From assembly GCA_963664435.2 (NCBI GenBank), contig CAXXKM010000002.1:448001-512000 (forward strand): a stretch of 64,000 bases of DNA. The letters are read 5' to 3'. The translations under genes and the position numbers were made by a program. Source of the stretch: Longimicrobiales bacterium. Lineage in GTDB: Bacteria > Gemmatimonadota > Gemmatimonadetes > Longimicrobiales > Gaopeijiaceae. Of this stretch, positions 1 through 10,730 are shown piece after piece. The notes under the pieces are model-generated. The model searched no databases, was not told where the DNA came from, and was given only the letters and a program-made list of their open reading frames with translations. The first letter of the stretch is position 1, and every line of letters begins with the position of its first letter.

Positions 1-477
1 TCCTACGCCGTCGACGACGTGCTGAACCTGTCGCAGCAGGGCGAAGGACGGGAAGCCGATCGGCTCCTCGCCGGGCTGGCGCAGGGCGACAGGGACGGAC
101 TGGTCGCGCTTTCGCCCTCCAATCGTTCCATTGACGTAGGTGGAGGCGCCCGGCCCGGCTTTCTGCCGCTCGCGGAACAGGGCTTCTACGAGCTGCGCGG
201 AGCGGGCGGGGGCGGAGGACCGGGCACCCCCGCGGTTGCCGTGAACGTCAACCTGGGGGAAGCGGATCTGGAGCCGATGGATCCCGAGGAGTTCGTCGGG
301 TCCATCACCAGTCCGGACATCGGCGAGGCAGGCGATGCCGGCGCCGAAATCGGGCCGGAGGACAGGGAACGGCGCCAGGGAATCTGGTGGTATCTCCTGG
401 TGGCGGCGTTTCTGCTTCTGGCACTGGAGACGATTGTCTCCAATTATCTGTCACGAAAGGCTGCCAGCCAGCCATAG
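1..477 (+). CDS. C-terminal part of a membrane-anchored protein, probably BatA/vWA-associated (5' end outside window)
   Basis: Frame is open from base 1. AVNV..EADL motif and a C-terminal TM segment (IWWYLLVAAFLLLALET). Lies directly upstream of a DUF4175-like gene. Confidence 0.6.
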   Translation, partial: SYAVDDVLNLSQQGEGREADRLLAGLAQGDRDGLVALSPSNRSIDVGGGARPGFLPLAEQGFYELRGAGGGGGPGTPAVAVNVNLGEADLEPMDPEEFVGSITSPDIGEAGDAGAEIGPEDRERRQGIWWYLLVAAFLLLALETIVSNYLSRKAASQP

Positions 478-525
478 AGAGGATCGGCGGCGCGCAGTTG
501 ACGTACTGGACAAGGGGGAGCTGAG

Positions 526-3500
526 GTGCCTACACGACTCAACCAGCGCGCCAGACTCGAGTTGCTCGATGCCATCCGTCATGTGCGAAACCGCTGGCGC
601 ATGCGAATCGCGCTGCGCGGACTGGCGGCGTTGCTCGGCATCGGCCTGGTGGCCTTCCTGGTATCCTCCTGGGGGATGGAGGGCAGCCGCTTCAGCCCGG
701 CGGTCGTCAACGGCTTCCGGATCTTCACCTGGCTCTCGCTGCTCGGGGTGGCCTTCTGGTTCCTCCTGCGCCCGCTCTGGCGACGGCCTTCCGACGCTCA
801 GGTCGCGCTCTACCTCGAGGAGCACGAGCCATCCCTGAAGGCCTCGGTCCTGAGCGCGATCGACGCGGGAGCCGACCCCGAGGCCACGGGTACGGCGCAC
901 TCCCCTGCGCTCGTGCAGCGGCTCATTGAGTCGGCGGTCCGGAAGGCGCGCGCCGTGGATGGCGGATACCGCATCGAGCGGGCGGCGCTGCTGCGCTGGA
1001 CCGCCGCGGTCGCGGGGATCGCGATCGCCATCCTCATCATTTTCCTGACCGGGCCGGCCTTCCTGCGCCACGGCGCCTCGGTGCTGCTCTCGCCGACGGC
1101 GGACGCGGCGGAGGTCAACCCCTACTCGATCGAGGTGACCCCGGGCGACGCCACCATCACGCGCGGCTCGGACCTGCGCATTGCGGCGCGCAACCTTGGA
1201 TTCGACGCCGCCGATGCGGAACTCTTCCTGCGCACCGGCTCCGACGGTGAATTCCGGCCCCTGTCCATGCTCCTGGCAGGCGACACCGGAGAGGAGGATG
1301 CCGGCGAGTTCGAGGTCGTGCTCTTCGGCGTGGAAGAGGTCACCGAGTACTTCGTGCGCTCCTCCGGCGTGCAGTCGGACCTCTACCGCATCGACGTGGA
1401 GATCCTGCCCTACGTGGACCGGCTCGAGCTGGTGTACGATTTCCCGGCCTACACCGGGCTGCCGGACCGCACCATCGACGACGGCGGCGACATCGCGGTG
1501 CTGAGCGGAACCCGCGTCCACTTGCGCGTCTTCCCCACGATTCCCGCCCCGCGCGCCAACCTGTGGCGCGACGACGCGCTGGCGAGCGAACTGACGTCCG
1601 TCGAGGACGGCTCCTTCACCGGATCCTTCGTGGTGGAGCAGAACGGCTTCTATCACCTTGAGATGGAGAGCGCGCGCGCCGGGCTGGTGCCCGCCTCGCC
1701 CCAGTACACCATCGACGTGCTGCACGACCAGCCTCCCTCGCTGTCCTTCAGCCGTCCCGGCCGCGACACGCGCGCCACCGCGCTCGAGGAGGTCTTCGTC
1801 GAGGCCCGCGCCAACGACGACTACGGCATCCGGCAACTCGATCTGGTCTTCTCGGTCAACGGCGGCGAGGAGCAGACCGTCGAGCTGTTCGGCTCCGGGG
1901 CCGCGCCGCTGAGCGAGGTGAGCGCGGGCTACACGTTCTTCCTGGAGGAGTACGAACTCGTCCCGGGCGACATCATCTCCTACTACGCCAAGACGCGTGA
2001 CAACGCGGGTACAGGCAGCCAGGAAGCCATCAGCGACATCTACTTCCTCCAGATCCGCCGCTTCGACACGGAGTTCCGCCAGGCGGAGCAGCAGCCCGGG
2101 GGCGGCGGGGGCGGCGGCGGCGGCCAGATGGGCAACGAACAGGAGCTCTCGGAACAGCAGAGGGAGGTCATCTCGGCGACGTTCAACCTGAACCGGGACC
2201 GCGACCGCTATTCACCGGAGGGGTTCAGCGAGGGCATGGTCGTGGTGCGGCTCTCGCAGGAGAGACTTCGCGACCAGGTCGCGACCCTGGTGACGCGCCT
2301 CAACAACCGGGGCGTGGTGCGCGATCCCGAGTTCGAGCAGATCGCCGAGTTGCTGCCGCAGGCGATGGAGGAGATGGAGGCCGCCATGGAGCGGCTCGAC
2401 GCCGCCGACCCGGAGGGCGCGCTTTCCGAGGAGCAGCAGGCGCTCCAGTACCTGCTGCGCGCGGAAGCGCTCTACGACGAGGTGCAGGTGAGCCAGCAGC
2501 AGGGCGGGGGCGGCGGGGGGGGGGGGCGGCGGGCCCAGCGCGGACGACCTCGCGGATCTCTTCGAACTGGAGCTCGACAAGCTCAAGAACCAGTACGAGA
2601 GCGTACAGCGCGGCGAGCGCCAGCAGGCCGACGAGCAGATCGACGAGACGCTCGAGCGCCTGCGCGAGCTGGCCCGGCGCCAGGAGCAGGAGGCCGAGCG
2701 CCAGCAGCGCCTCGCCAACCGCTCGCAGGGATCCGCCGGGGGCGGCGCCCAGAATCAGCGCTCGCTCGCCGATGAGGTGGAGGAGGAGGCGAGGCGCCTG
2801 GAGGAGCTCTCGCGCATGCAGTCCAACCAGCGCCTGGCGGAGACGGCGCGCCAGCTCCAGGACGCCGCCAACGCGATGCGGGAAGCGGCCGCCGCAAGAG
2901 GGGGCGAGGCAGCCGCCGATGCGCGTTCCGCGCTGGACCGGCTTCGTGCCGCCCGGCGGCTGCTGGAGCGCGATCAGTCCGGGCGCATCGAACGGGACGC
3001 GCAGGACGCCTTGCAGCGGAGCGAGGAGCTCATCGAAGAGCAGCTCGACGTCGCCGAGGAATCGGTGGCCATCTCCGGCGCGGAACAGGTCACCTCGGAG
3101 CGCATGCGCAGGCTCATCGAGCGCAAGAACGAGATGACCCAGGAGGTCGCGGACCTGGAGCGGCAGATCGATCAGATGTCGGCGGACGCCGGCTCGGAGC
3201 AGGGGCAGGCGGCCGAGTCGTTCGACGATGCCCTGCGCAACATCCGCGACAACAAGATCCGGGAACGGATCCAGTACTCGCGCGGGCTTCCGGGCGCGCG
3301 CAGCCCCGACTTCACGCGCGACTTCGAACAGCAGACCACCGAGCACCTGATGGAGCTGAGGGATCAGCTGCAGGAAGCGTCGGAGGCGATCGGCGAGCCG
3401 GTGGACGACCGCACAATGGAGTCACTCGACCGCGCCCGGGACATGGTGCGCAACATGGAGTCGCTCAACGAGCGGCTGCAGGCGCGCGCCGACGAGAACG

Positions 3501-4135
3501 CCCGGCGGGGACTGGGACAGCGGCCCGGCGAGGAGGCCCGCGGACAGCAGGGGCAGCAGGGTGAAGGTCAGCAGGGGCAGGAGGGCGAGGGCCAGCAAGG
3601 CCAGGGCGGCCAGCAGGGCGAAGGCGGGCAACAGGGCCAGGGCGGACAACAAGGCCAGGGTGGACAGCAGGGTCAGGGCGGCCAGCAGGGCGGGCAGGGC
3701 GGCGGGGGCGGTCCCGACGGCGTGAGGGATATGGCCGGCGCCGGGTTCGGGCCGGGCGGCAGCGGCTGGGCGCGCGGGCTCACCCCCGAGGACATCCGCC
3801 AGTTCCGGGGCGAGTATCGTGAACGCGCCCGCGAGATGGCCGATCTGCGCGAACAGCTCTCCGACGCCGGGGTCGGCGTCGAGGAGCTCGACGATGTCAT
3901 CCGCTCCATGAGGGCGCTCGACGACCGCCGCGTCTACGACGACATGGAGGAAATCCTCCGGCTCCAGACCCAGATTCTAGAGGGGGTGAAGCGCTTCGAG
4001 TTCGGACTCCGCCGGGCGGCCGGGGAAGACGACCCCGAGCGCCTGCTCCTGTCCGGCTCCGACGAGGTGCCGCCGGGGTTCCGTCAGCTGATCGAAGAGT
4101 ACTACCGTTCGCTGTCCCGCACCCCCGGGGGCTGA
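526..4135 (+). pseudogene. Large DUF4175-like membrane/coiled-coil protein, frameshifted at a G12 tract (2515-2526)
   Basis: N-terminal TM helices in ORF 526-2775. After the G run, protein-like sequence (SADDLADLFELELDKLKNQYE) continues in the frame of ORF 2777-4135, which ends [17 protein letters not shown]. May be an intact gene with an assembly indel. Confidence 0.75.
3542..3700 (+). repeat. Coding low-complexity tandem repeat (Gly/Gln, GQQGQG-like units of about 18 bp)
   Basis: Translation GQQGQQGEGQQGQEGEGQQGQGGQQGEGGQQGQGGQQGQGGQQGQGGQQGG. Confidence 0.85.
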
Positions 4136-4173
4136 AACGCAGGTCCACGGACCGACCAAACGGAAATGAGAAC

Positions 4174-5157
<984 letters not shown>

Positions 5158-5231
5158 GCACCCCGACGCGACGTCGCCCGGTCCGCCGGGCGCGCTGAGG
5201 CGGGCGAAACGCGCCGAGCGACGGAATCCCG

Positions 5232-6302
5232 ATGCATCCCAAGACCCGCGCCCGGGTGCTCAGCGCGCTCATCTGGGGCGTCTGTCTCGCGCCTCTGCTC
5301 TGGCTCGTCGTCCGCTTCCGCGAGGACGGGCTCGGCGCCAACCCCATCGAGGAGTTCACCCACTGGGGCGGCAGCTCGACGCTGATCCTGCTGCTGCTCA
5401 CGCTGACCGTGACCCCGTTGCGCCGCTGGGCGGGCTGGAACCTGGTTCGGTACCGGCGCCGGCTCGGGCTGGCCGCATTCTTCTACGGGCTTACCCACTT
5501 CATGACCTACCTCGCCCTCGACCAGTTCTTCGCGTTCGAGTACGTCCTTGAGGACATCGCCGAGCGGCCCTACATCACGGCCGGCTTCGCCGCCTTCGTG
5601 CTGCTCATCCCGCTGGCGGTCACCTCGACCCGGGGATGGATCCGCCGGCTGGGCAAACGCTGGCAGCGCCTGCACCGCATCGTCTACCTGGCCGCCGGAC
5701 TCGGCGTGCTCCACTACTTCTGGAAAGTGAAGGCGGACACCCTCTGGCCGCTGGTGGCGGCGGTTGTGCTGGCGGTCCTGCTGGCATCGCGTCTCAAGCC
5801 GAAGGCGGCGCGGCGCGGGAAGTCCCTGATCATCCTCGTGGCATCCGCCTGGGGGCTGACGCCCTCTCCGATGGTCGCCCAGTCCGATCCCGGCGCCGAG
5901 GCCGACGAGCAAGCCATCCTGCAGGTGGTCGACGACCTGTTCGACGCCATGCGCGCCAGGGACGGGGAGACGCTGGAGCGCATCTTCCACCCCGACACGC
6001 GCCTGATCACGGCGGGAACCAACGCCGACGGCGTCCCCGAAGTCACCGAGATCCCGATATCCCGGTTCATCTCCTCGGTGCTCGCGTCCTCGAGTTACCT
6101 CGACGAGCGCATCTACAACCCGGTGGTTCAGGTCAACAACAACCTGGGAACCGTCTGGGTGGAGTACGATTTCTTCGCCGACGGGGAGTTCAGCCACTGC
6201 GGGGCGGACGCCTTCATGATGGGCAGAAGCGCCGACGGATGGCAGATTGTGCAGATCGCGCACACGATGGTGCGCGAGGGGTGCCCCGAGCGCGGCGGCT
6301 AA
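5232..6302 (+). CDS. msrQ: MsrQ heme-binding membrane subunit fused to a C-terminal NTF2/SnoaL-like domain
   Basis: LGANPIE, TVTPLR, RRRLGLAAFFY..H and W.RLHRIVY..HYFW motifs. The last ~140 aa (QVVDDLFDAM...HCGADAF...WQIVQI) resemble the NTF2 fold. Confidence 0.88.
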   Translation: MHPKTRARVLSALIWGVCLAPLLWLVVRFREDGLGANPIEEFTHWGGSSTLILLLLTLTVTPLRRWAGWNLVRYRRRLGLAAFFYGLTHFMTYLALDQFFAFEYVLEDIAERPYITAGFAAFVLLIPLAVTSTRGWIRRLGKRWQRLHRIVYLAAGLGVLHYFWKVKADTLWPLVAAVVLAVLLASRLKPKAARRGKSLIILVASAWGLTPSPMVAQSDPGAEADEQAILQVVDDLFDAMRARDGETLERIFHPDTRLITAGTNADGVPEVTEIPISRFISSVLASSSYLDERIYNPVVQVNNNLGTVWVEYDFFADGEFSHCGADAFMMGRSADGWQIVQIAHTMVREGCPERGG

Positions 6303-7222
6303 CCCCCTTCCCTTCCCAGCAACCGGTCCGGCTCGGGCACGATGCGGGTGGCCCGGAAGCTCGCCAGGCGGTAGAGCGTCTCGTTACCCGCTACGCGCAC
6401 CTGATATTCGGCGTCCACCGGCGCCAATTCCAGAGCAAGGAGCGTGTCGCCGCTCTCATTCAGCGCCACGAAGCGACGCACGTCCTCGGTCGGAAACCCG
6501 GAATCTTCCTCCACGAAACCGATGGCCCGCAGTTCGTCCACCTCGTCGAGCATGTTGGCCACCGATGCCGAATCCGGCACCGCGCCCGACCCCGCGACGG
6601 TCCACCCCGCGTCGCCGCGCTCGACCACGATGACCTCGCCCGCCCGCTCCACTTCGATGGCCGCGATCGCCTCGACGTCGACCCGCGCGATGAGTTTGTC
6701 GCGCCAGTCGGTGAGGGTGCGTGTGAAGGAGCCGCGCAGGTCGCCCCGCACGGTGTAGACCTCGTCCGATCCGGGCAGTCGCGCGTAGGCGGTCTGGAAG
6801 GCCGAACCCACCCGGCCCAGCGCCACGATGCGGCTTTCACCCCCGACCAGACGGAACTCCAGCATCCACGCTTCGCGGCCGGCCACGCCCAGGCGTTCGT
6901 GATTGTCCGGGTTGGCCGCGGCCAGGGCGCCCACCTCGATCTCCGAGAGCGCGGTGAACATGCAGGCCACGGCAGCGGAGTCGGCTTCGTACCCGTTCAC
7001 CGTCCACTCGCCGGCGACGCGCGCCACCTCGATCTCCCGGTCGGGTCCGCTGAAGGCGGCGCTCTCGAGGGTGCGTTCGTCGATGCCCTCCAGTTCCGAC
7101 GCGAGTTCGCCTGCCCCGGCAGCAAGCTCCGGGCCCCGGCCGCCCACCAGCCTGATGACCCCGTACAGGACCAGCAGTCCCGCGAGCGCGATGACGAGTC
7201 TCTGCAGTACGTTCTTGCTCAT
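6299..7222 (-). CDS. DUF4340 domain protein (accessory of Gld-type ABC system)
   Basis: Start MSKNVLQRLVIAL overlaps the upstream stop. N-terminal TM, W..NGY.AD and DWRDK motifs, typical operon position. Confidence 0.75.
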   Translation of the reverse strand: MSKNVLQRLVIALAGLLVLYGVIRLVGGRGPELAAGAGELASELEGIDERTLESAAFSGPDREIEVARVAGEWTVNGYEADSAAVACMFTALSEIEVGALAAANPDNHERLGVAGREAWMLEFRLVGGESRIVALGRVGSAFQTAYARLPGSDEVYTVRGDLRGSFTRTLTDWRDKLIARVDVEAIAAIEVERAGEVIVVERGDAGWTVAGSGAVPDSASVANMLDEVDELRAIGFVEEDSGFPTEDVRRFVALNESGDTLLALELAPVDAEYQVRVAGNETLYRLASFRATRIVPEPDRLLGREGG

Positions 7223-9495
7223 GCGTCCACCTCGTTCCAGCGGCGTTCGGCGCGGGCCCGTCTGCCCGTGACCCGCAAGGCGCCGGCGAGGCAGAAGAAG
7301 AGGGGCATGCCCACCAGGTTCCCCCACTTGAGCGCGTTCTTGGCGAAGTCCGACTCCAGGGCCAGCGGCGGCGGCGTGCGGTCCTTGGAGCGGATACTGA
7401 TGAGCGCCTCGTCCTGCGCCAGCCAGTCGACCGAGTTGGCGGCAAAGAGCAGGTTCTGGCGGCTCGACCGGACGAACTGTTCGTCCAGGAAGTCCACGTC
7501 GGCAACCACGACCATGCGGCCGGCCCGCTCCGGACTCTCGCCCTCTTCCCCTTCCTCCGCGGGAAGCGCGAAATCCACGGCCGCCGCCACGACTTCGACG
7601 CCGAGGCTGGCCTCGTCGGGGTAGCTCTGCATGTCGGGTGCGATCGGGCTGCCCGGCGCCTGCACCCCTCCCGCGTCGGTGGTCGTCCAGAGCGGTGTCG
7701 TCCGCGCGGAATCGGTCAGCACCAGGGAGCTGGCCCACCCGACGGAGAGGTTGTTGAGGTCGCGGGTTACCGGATGATCGGCGCCGCGGAAGAGGATGGG
7801 CCAGAGCGGGTAGGAGCGCACCACCGCGAAGATCCCCTGACGCCCCATCTGCACCCGCTCCGCCGAGGCCAGATCGTAGACGATGCCCCCGTCGTACCTC
7901 ATTCCGCGCTCTTCCAGGAAGGTCTCGAGCCCCGACGTCACCGGCGACGCCATCGGCGACTGCGGATCGATCTGCGTCCCCTCCACCAGCAGCATGGCGG
8001 CCCCTCCGCCGTCCACGTACTCCCCGAGCCGGTCCAGAGCGAGCTGCGACATGGGCTCCGTCGGCCCGGCCACCACGAGCACGTCGATGGAATCCGGATT
8101 CAGGGGAGGCACCGTGTCGCCGTCGAGCGCGACGCTCCCGATCGAGTAGCGATCGCTCAGCTCCTGCTGCAGCGCCGGCATCTCGAAGGCCTGCTTCGCG
8201 CCGAAACCGGAGGCGAAGCGCAGGCGCGGACGCGCGTCGGTGGTCATGGAGACGATCGCCGTCGCCATGCGCAGCTCCAGGTCGTCGGTGCGGTCGATGA
8301 TGGGGATGATCTCGCGCTGGTCCGCGTACTGCATGGCCAGCCCGAAGTATCCGCGGCGAACCTCGAACTCGTCGTCGCGCAGGACGTTGAAGTCGAGTTC
8401 CGGGATTCCCATGCCGCTGGCTTCGGAACGCGCCTCGTCGTCGTCGCCCGGGTCGATTCTCTCCACCACCAGCTGCCCGCCGCCCGCGCGCCGGAAATCG
8501 GCGAGCAGATCCTCCACGTCGCGCCGCGTGAGCTGCACCTCCGGGGGGAGTTCGTCGGACACGAACAGCTTGAAGGTGACGAGGTCGTTGAGGTTCCCGA
8601 GCACTTCCCGGGTTCCCTCCGCCAGGGTATAGAGGTTGCCCCGGGTCAGGTCCAGACGCCCGCGGATGTAGCCGCCGAGCAGGTTCAGCACCACCACCAG
8701 AGCCGCGATCGTGATGGTGCCCACGCGCAGGCGCCGATAGTCGCCGCGGCCATGACTCAGCCGCTCCCGGCTCACCATGGCGATGGACAGCACCAGGAAG
8801 AGGGTGGCGGTGGAGAGGAAGTACAGGACGTCGCGCAGGTCGATCACGCCGCGGGCGACATTCTCGAAGTGCCCCATCACGGAGAGACGAGCCGCCGCGC
8901 CGCCGATCATCGGCGTCAACCCGATCTGCACGAAGGGAAGACCGATCAGCACCAGCACCAGGCTGACGGCGATGGCCAGCATGAACGACGTGATCTGGTT
9001 GCGGGTCATGCTCGACGCCCACAGGCCGATGGCCACGAACTGGGCGGCGAGCAGCGACGCGCCCACGTACTGCGCGGCCACGATTCCCGGATCGGCCTCG
9101 GAGGCCAGGAGCACGCCGATCGACATCGGCAGCGTTCCGGCGAGCGCGACCAGGGCGAAGACCCAGTTCCCCAGGAACTTGCCGAGCACGGTCTCGATCT
9201 CGTTGAAGGGATGCGCCAGCAGCCACTCCAGCGTTCCGCTGCGGCGCTCCTCCGCGAGCGAGCGCATGGTCGCGGCCGGAATCAGGATGGCGAAGAGCCA
9301 GGGCAGGAGATCGAAGAAGGGACGCAGGGTGGCGATGTTGGAGGCATACAGAGAACGGAACTCGATGAAGATCCCCAGCGCCAGGAAGGCCACGATCAGG
9401 ATGTACGCCGTGGCCTGATCGAAGAAGCCCGCGAGTTCGCGGCGCGCGATGGTGGGCACGCCCCTGAGGCCGGCGAGAATGCTGGGGATGTTCAC
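7219..9495 (-). CDS. ABC-2 permease fused to a GldG/ABC_transp_aux domain (GldF-GldG-like)
   Basis: TMRSLAEERRSGTLEWLL, GKFL, GVIDLRD, RLDLT...YTL and N.VDWL motifs. Confidence 0.85.
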   Translation of the reverse strand: MNIPSILAGLRGVPTIARRELAGFFDQATAYILIVAFLALGIFIEFRSLYASNIATLRPFFDLLPWLFAILIPAATMRSLAEERRSGTLEWLLAHPFNEIETVLGKFLGNWVFALVALAGTLPMSIGVLLASEADPGIVAAQYVGASLLAAQFVAIGLWASSMTRNQITSFMLAIAVSLVLVLIGLPFVQIGLTPMIGGAAARLSVMGHFENVARGVIDLRDVLYFLSTATLFLVLSIAMVSRERLSHGRGDYRRLRVGTITIAALVVVLNLLGGYIRGRLDLTRGNLYTLAEGTREVLGNLNDLVTFKLFVSDELPPEVQLTRRDVEDLLADFRRAGGGQLVVERIDPGDDDEARSEASGMGIPELDFNVLRDDEFEVRRGYFGLAMQYADQREIIPIIDRTDDLELRMATAIVSMTTDARPRLRFASGFGAKQAFEMPALQQELSDRYSIGSVALDGDTVPPLNPDSIDVLVVAGPTEPMSQLALDRLGEYVDGGGAAMLLVEGTQIDPQSPMASPVTSGLETFLEERGMRYDGGIVYDLASAERVQMGRQGIFAVVRSYPLWPILFRGADHPVTRDLNNLSVGWASSLVLTDSARTTPLWTTTDAGGVQAPGSPIAPDMQSYPDEASLGVEVVAAAVDFALPAEEGEEGESPERAGRMVVVADVDFLDEQFVRSSRQNLLFAANSVDWLAQDEALISIRSKDRTPPPLALESDFAKNALKWGNLVGMPLFFCLAGALRVTGRRARAERRWNEVDA

Positions 9496-10511
9496 TCTTC
9501 CACCTCCTCCGCCATCGGTGTGGAGACGTCATCAGCGGCTGCTCGAGCGGTGTCCCGGGCCTCCGAAGCGGCCGCTTCCCCGTCGGCATCATCGTTCGCG
9601 GTGAGCGACCGGAACACCCGCTCGAGATTGGCCTGCTCCCGGTGCAGCTCCCAGAGGGCCCACCCGCGGCGGGTTGCGAGCTGGAAGATGGTCGGGCGCA
9701 GCTCGGCGCCGGACGCGACCTCAAGACGCACGCGCGTGCGTCCGTCCCGCGTGTCCGCCGTGGCGGAGGAAACCCCCTCCAGGGCGGCGAGCGCCTCGGA
9801 CACGCCCTCGCCCTCGGCTTCGACCAGGTAGTACGCGCCCCCGGTGCGGTCGGCGGCCAGCTCCGCCACGGTGCCGTCGGCGACCAGCCGCCCGCCCGAG
9901 ATGATCAGCAGCCGCTGGCAGGTGGCCTCGACCTCCTGCATGACGTGGGTGCTGAGGAGGACCGTGCGCTCGGCTCCCAGCGCATTGATCAGCTTGCGGA
10001 TCTCCACCCGCTGGTTGGGATCGAGGCCCTCGGTGGGCTCGTCGAGCACCAGGATCTCCGGGCGGTGCAGGATCGCCGCCGCCAGCCCGATACGCTGCCG
10101 GTATCCCTTGGAGCACTCGCCGATCGGACGGAAGAAGACCGCCTCGAGCGCGGTCTCCTCCACCGCGTCGCGGACGGCCCGCCGGGCATCCGCGCCGCGG
10201 ATCCTGCGGATCTCGGCCACGTAGTCAAGGTACTCCGCGACCAGCATGTCCTCATACAGCGGATTCGCCTCCGGCAGATAGCCCACGCGCCGCTTGGCTC
10301 CCCTGAGGTCGGTCTCGATGGGCACGCCATCGAACTGCACGACCCCCGAATCGGGCTGGAGCGTCCCGGTCAGCATGCGCATGGTGGTGGTCTTGCCGGC
10401 CGCGTTGGGTCCCAGAAAACCCACCACTTCCCGCCGGTCCACCTCGAAAGACACGTCGTTGACGGCTACGAGGGGGCCGAAGCGCTTGGTCACCCCTTGT
10501 ACGGCGATCAT
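9492..10511 (-). CDS. ABC transporter ATP-binding protein (GldA-like)
   Basis: Walker A GPNAAGKTT, signature SKGYRQR, Walker B LVLDEPT, STH switch. Confidence 0.92.
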   Translation of the reverse strand: MIAVQGVTKRFGPLVAVNDVSFEVDRREVVGFLGPNAAGKTTTMRMLTGTLQPDSGVVQFDGVPIETDLRGAKRRVGYLPEANPLYEDMLVAEYLDYVAEIRRIRGADARRAVRDAVEETALEAVFFRPIGECSKGYRQRIGLAAAILHRPEILVLDEPTEGLDPNQRVEIRKLINALGAERTVLLSTHVMQEVEATCQRLLIISGGRLVADGTVAELAADRTGGAYYLVEAEGEGVSEALAALEGVSSATADTRDGRTRVRLEVASGAELRPTIFQLATRRGWALWELHREQANLERVFRSLTANDDADGEAAASEARDTARAAADDVSTPMAEEVEE

Positions 10512-10559
10512 TCCGTCCTCCTTCCGCGTTGTCTCTCCCGCGCCCCGCCGGCCTACACG

Positions 10560-10592
10560 AAAAAAGCCGCGCGAATCTCGTCATCGCGCGGC
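10560..10592 (-). terminator. Intrinsic terminator-like hairpin about 50 nt upstream of the ABC ATPase start
   Basis: Minus strand reads GCCGCGCGA-9 nt loop-TCGCGCGGC followed by T6. Confidence 0.5.
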
Positions 10593-10730
10593 GCCGGGGC
10601 AGCCCGTGCCGACCCGCGCGCGAGCAACTCACTGGTTGCCCCCGTTTTCGCGCGGGGGCGAACGATTCTACAATGTGATGCCGGCGATGTCCAGAAGGTT
10701 TTCTCCTCCATGCCCACGGGAGCACACGCC

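Noticed and set aside
6299..9724. 1141-aa ORF and the many other long overlapping or antisense ORFs
   Set aside because: GC-rich shadow frames. Only 6299-7222 of this ORF reads as a real protein.
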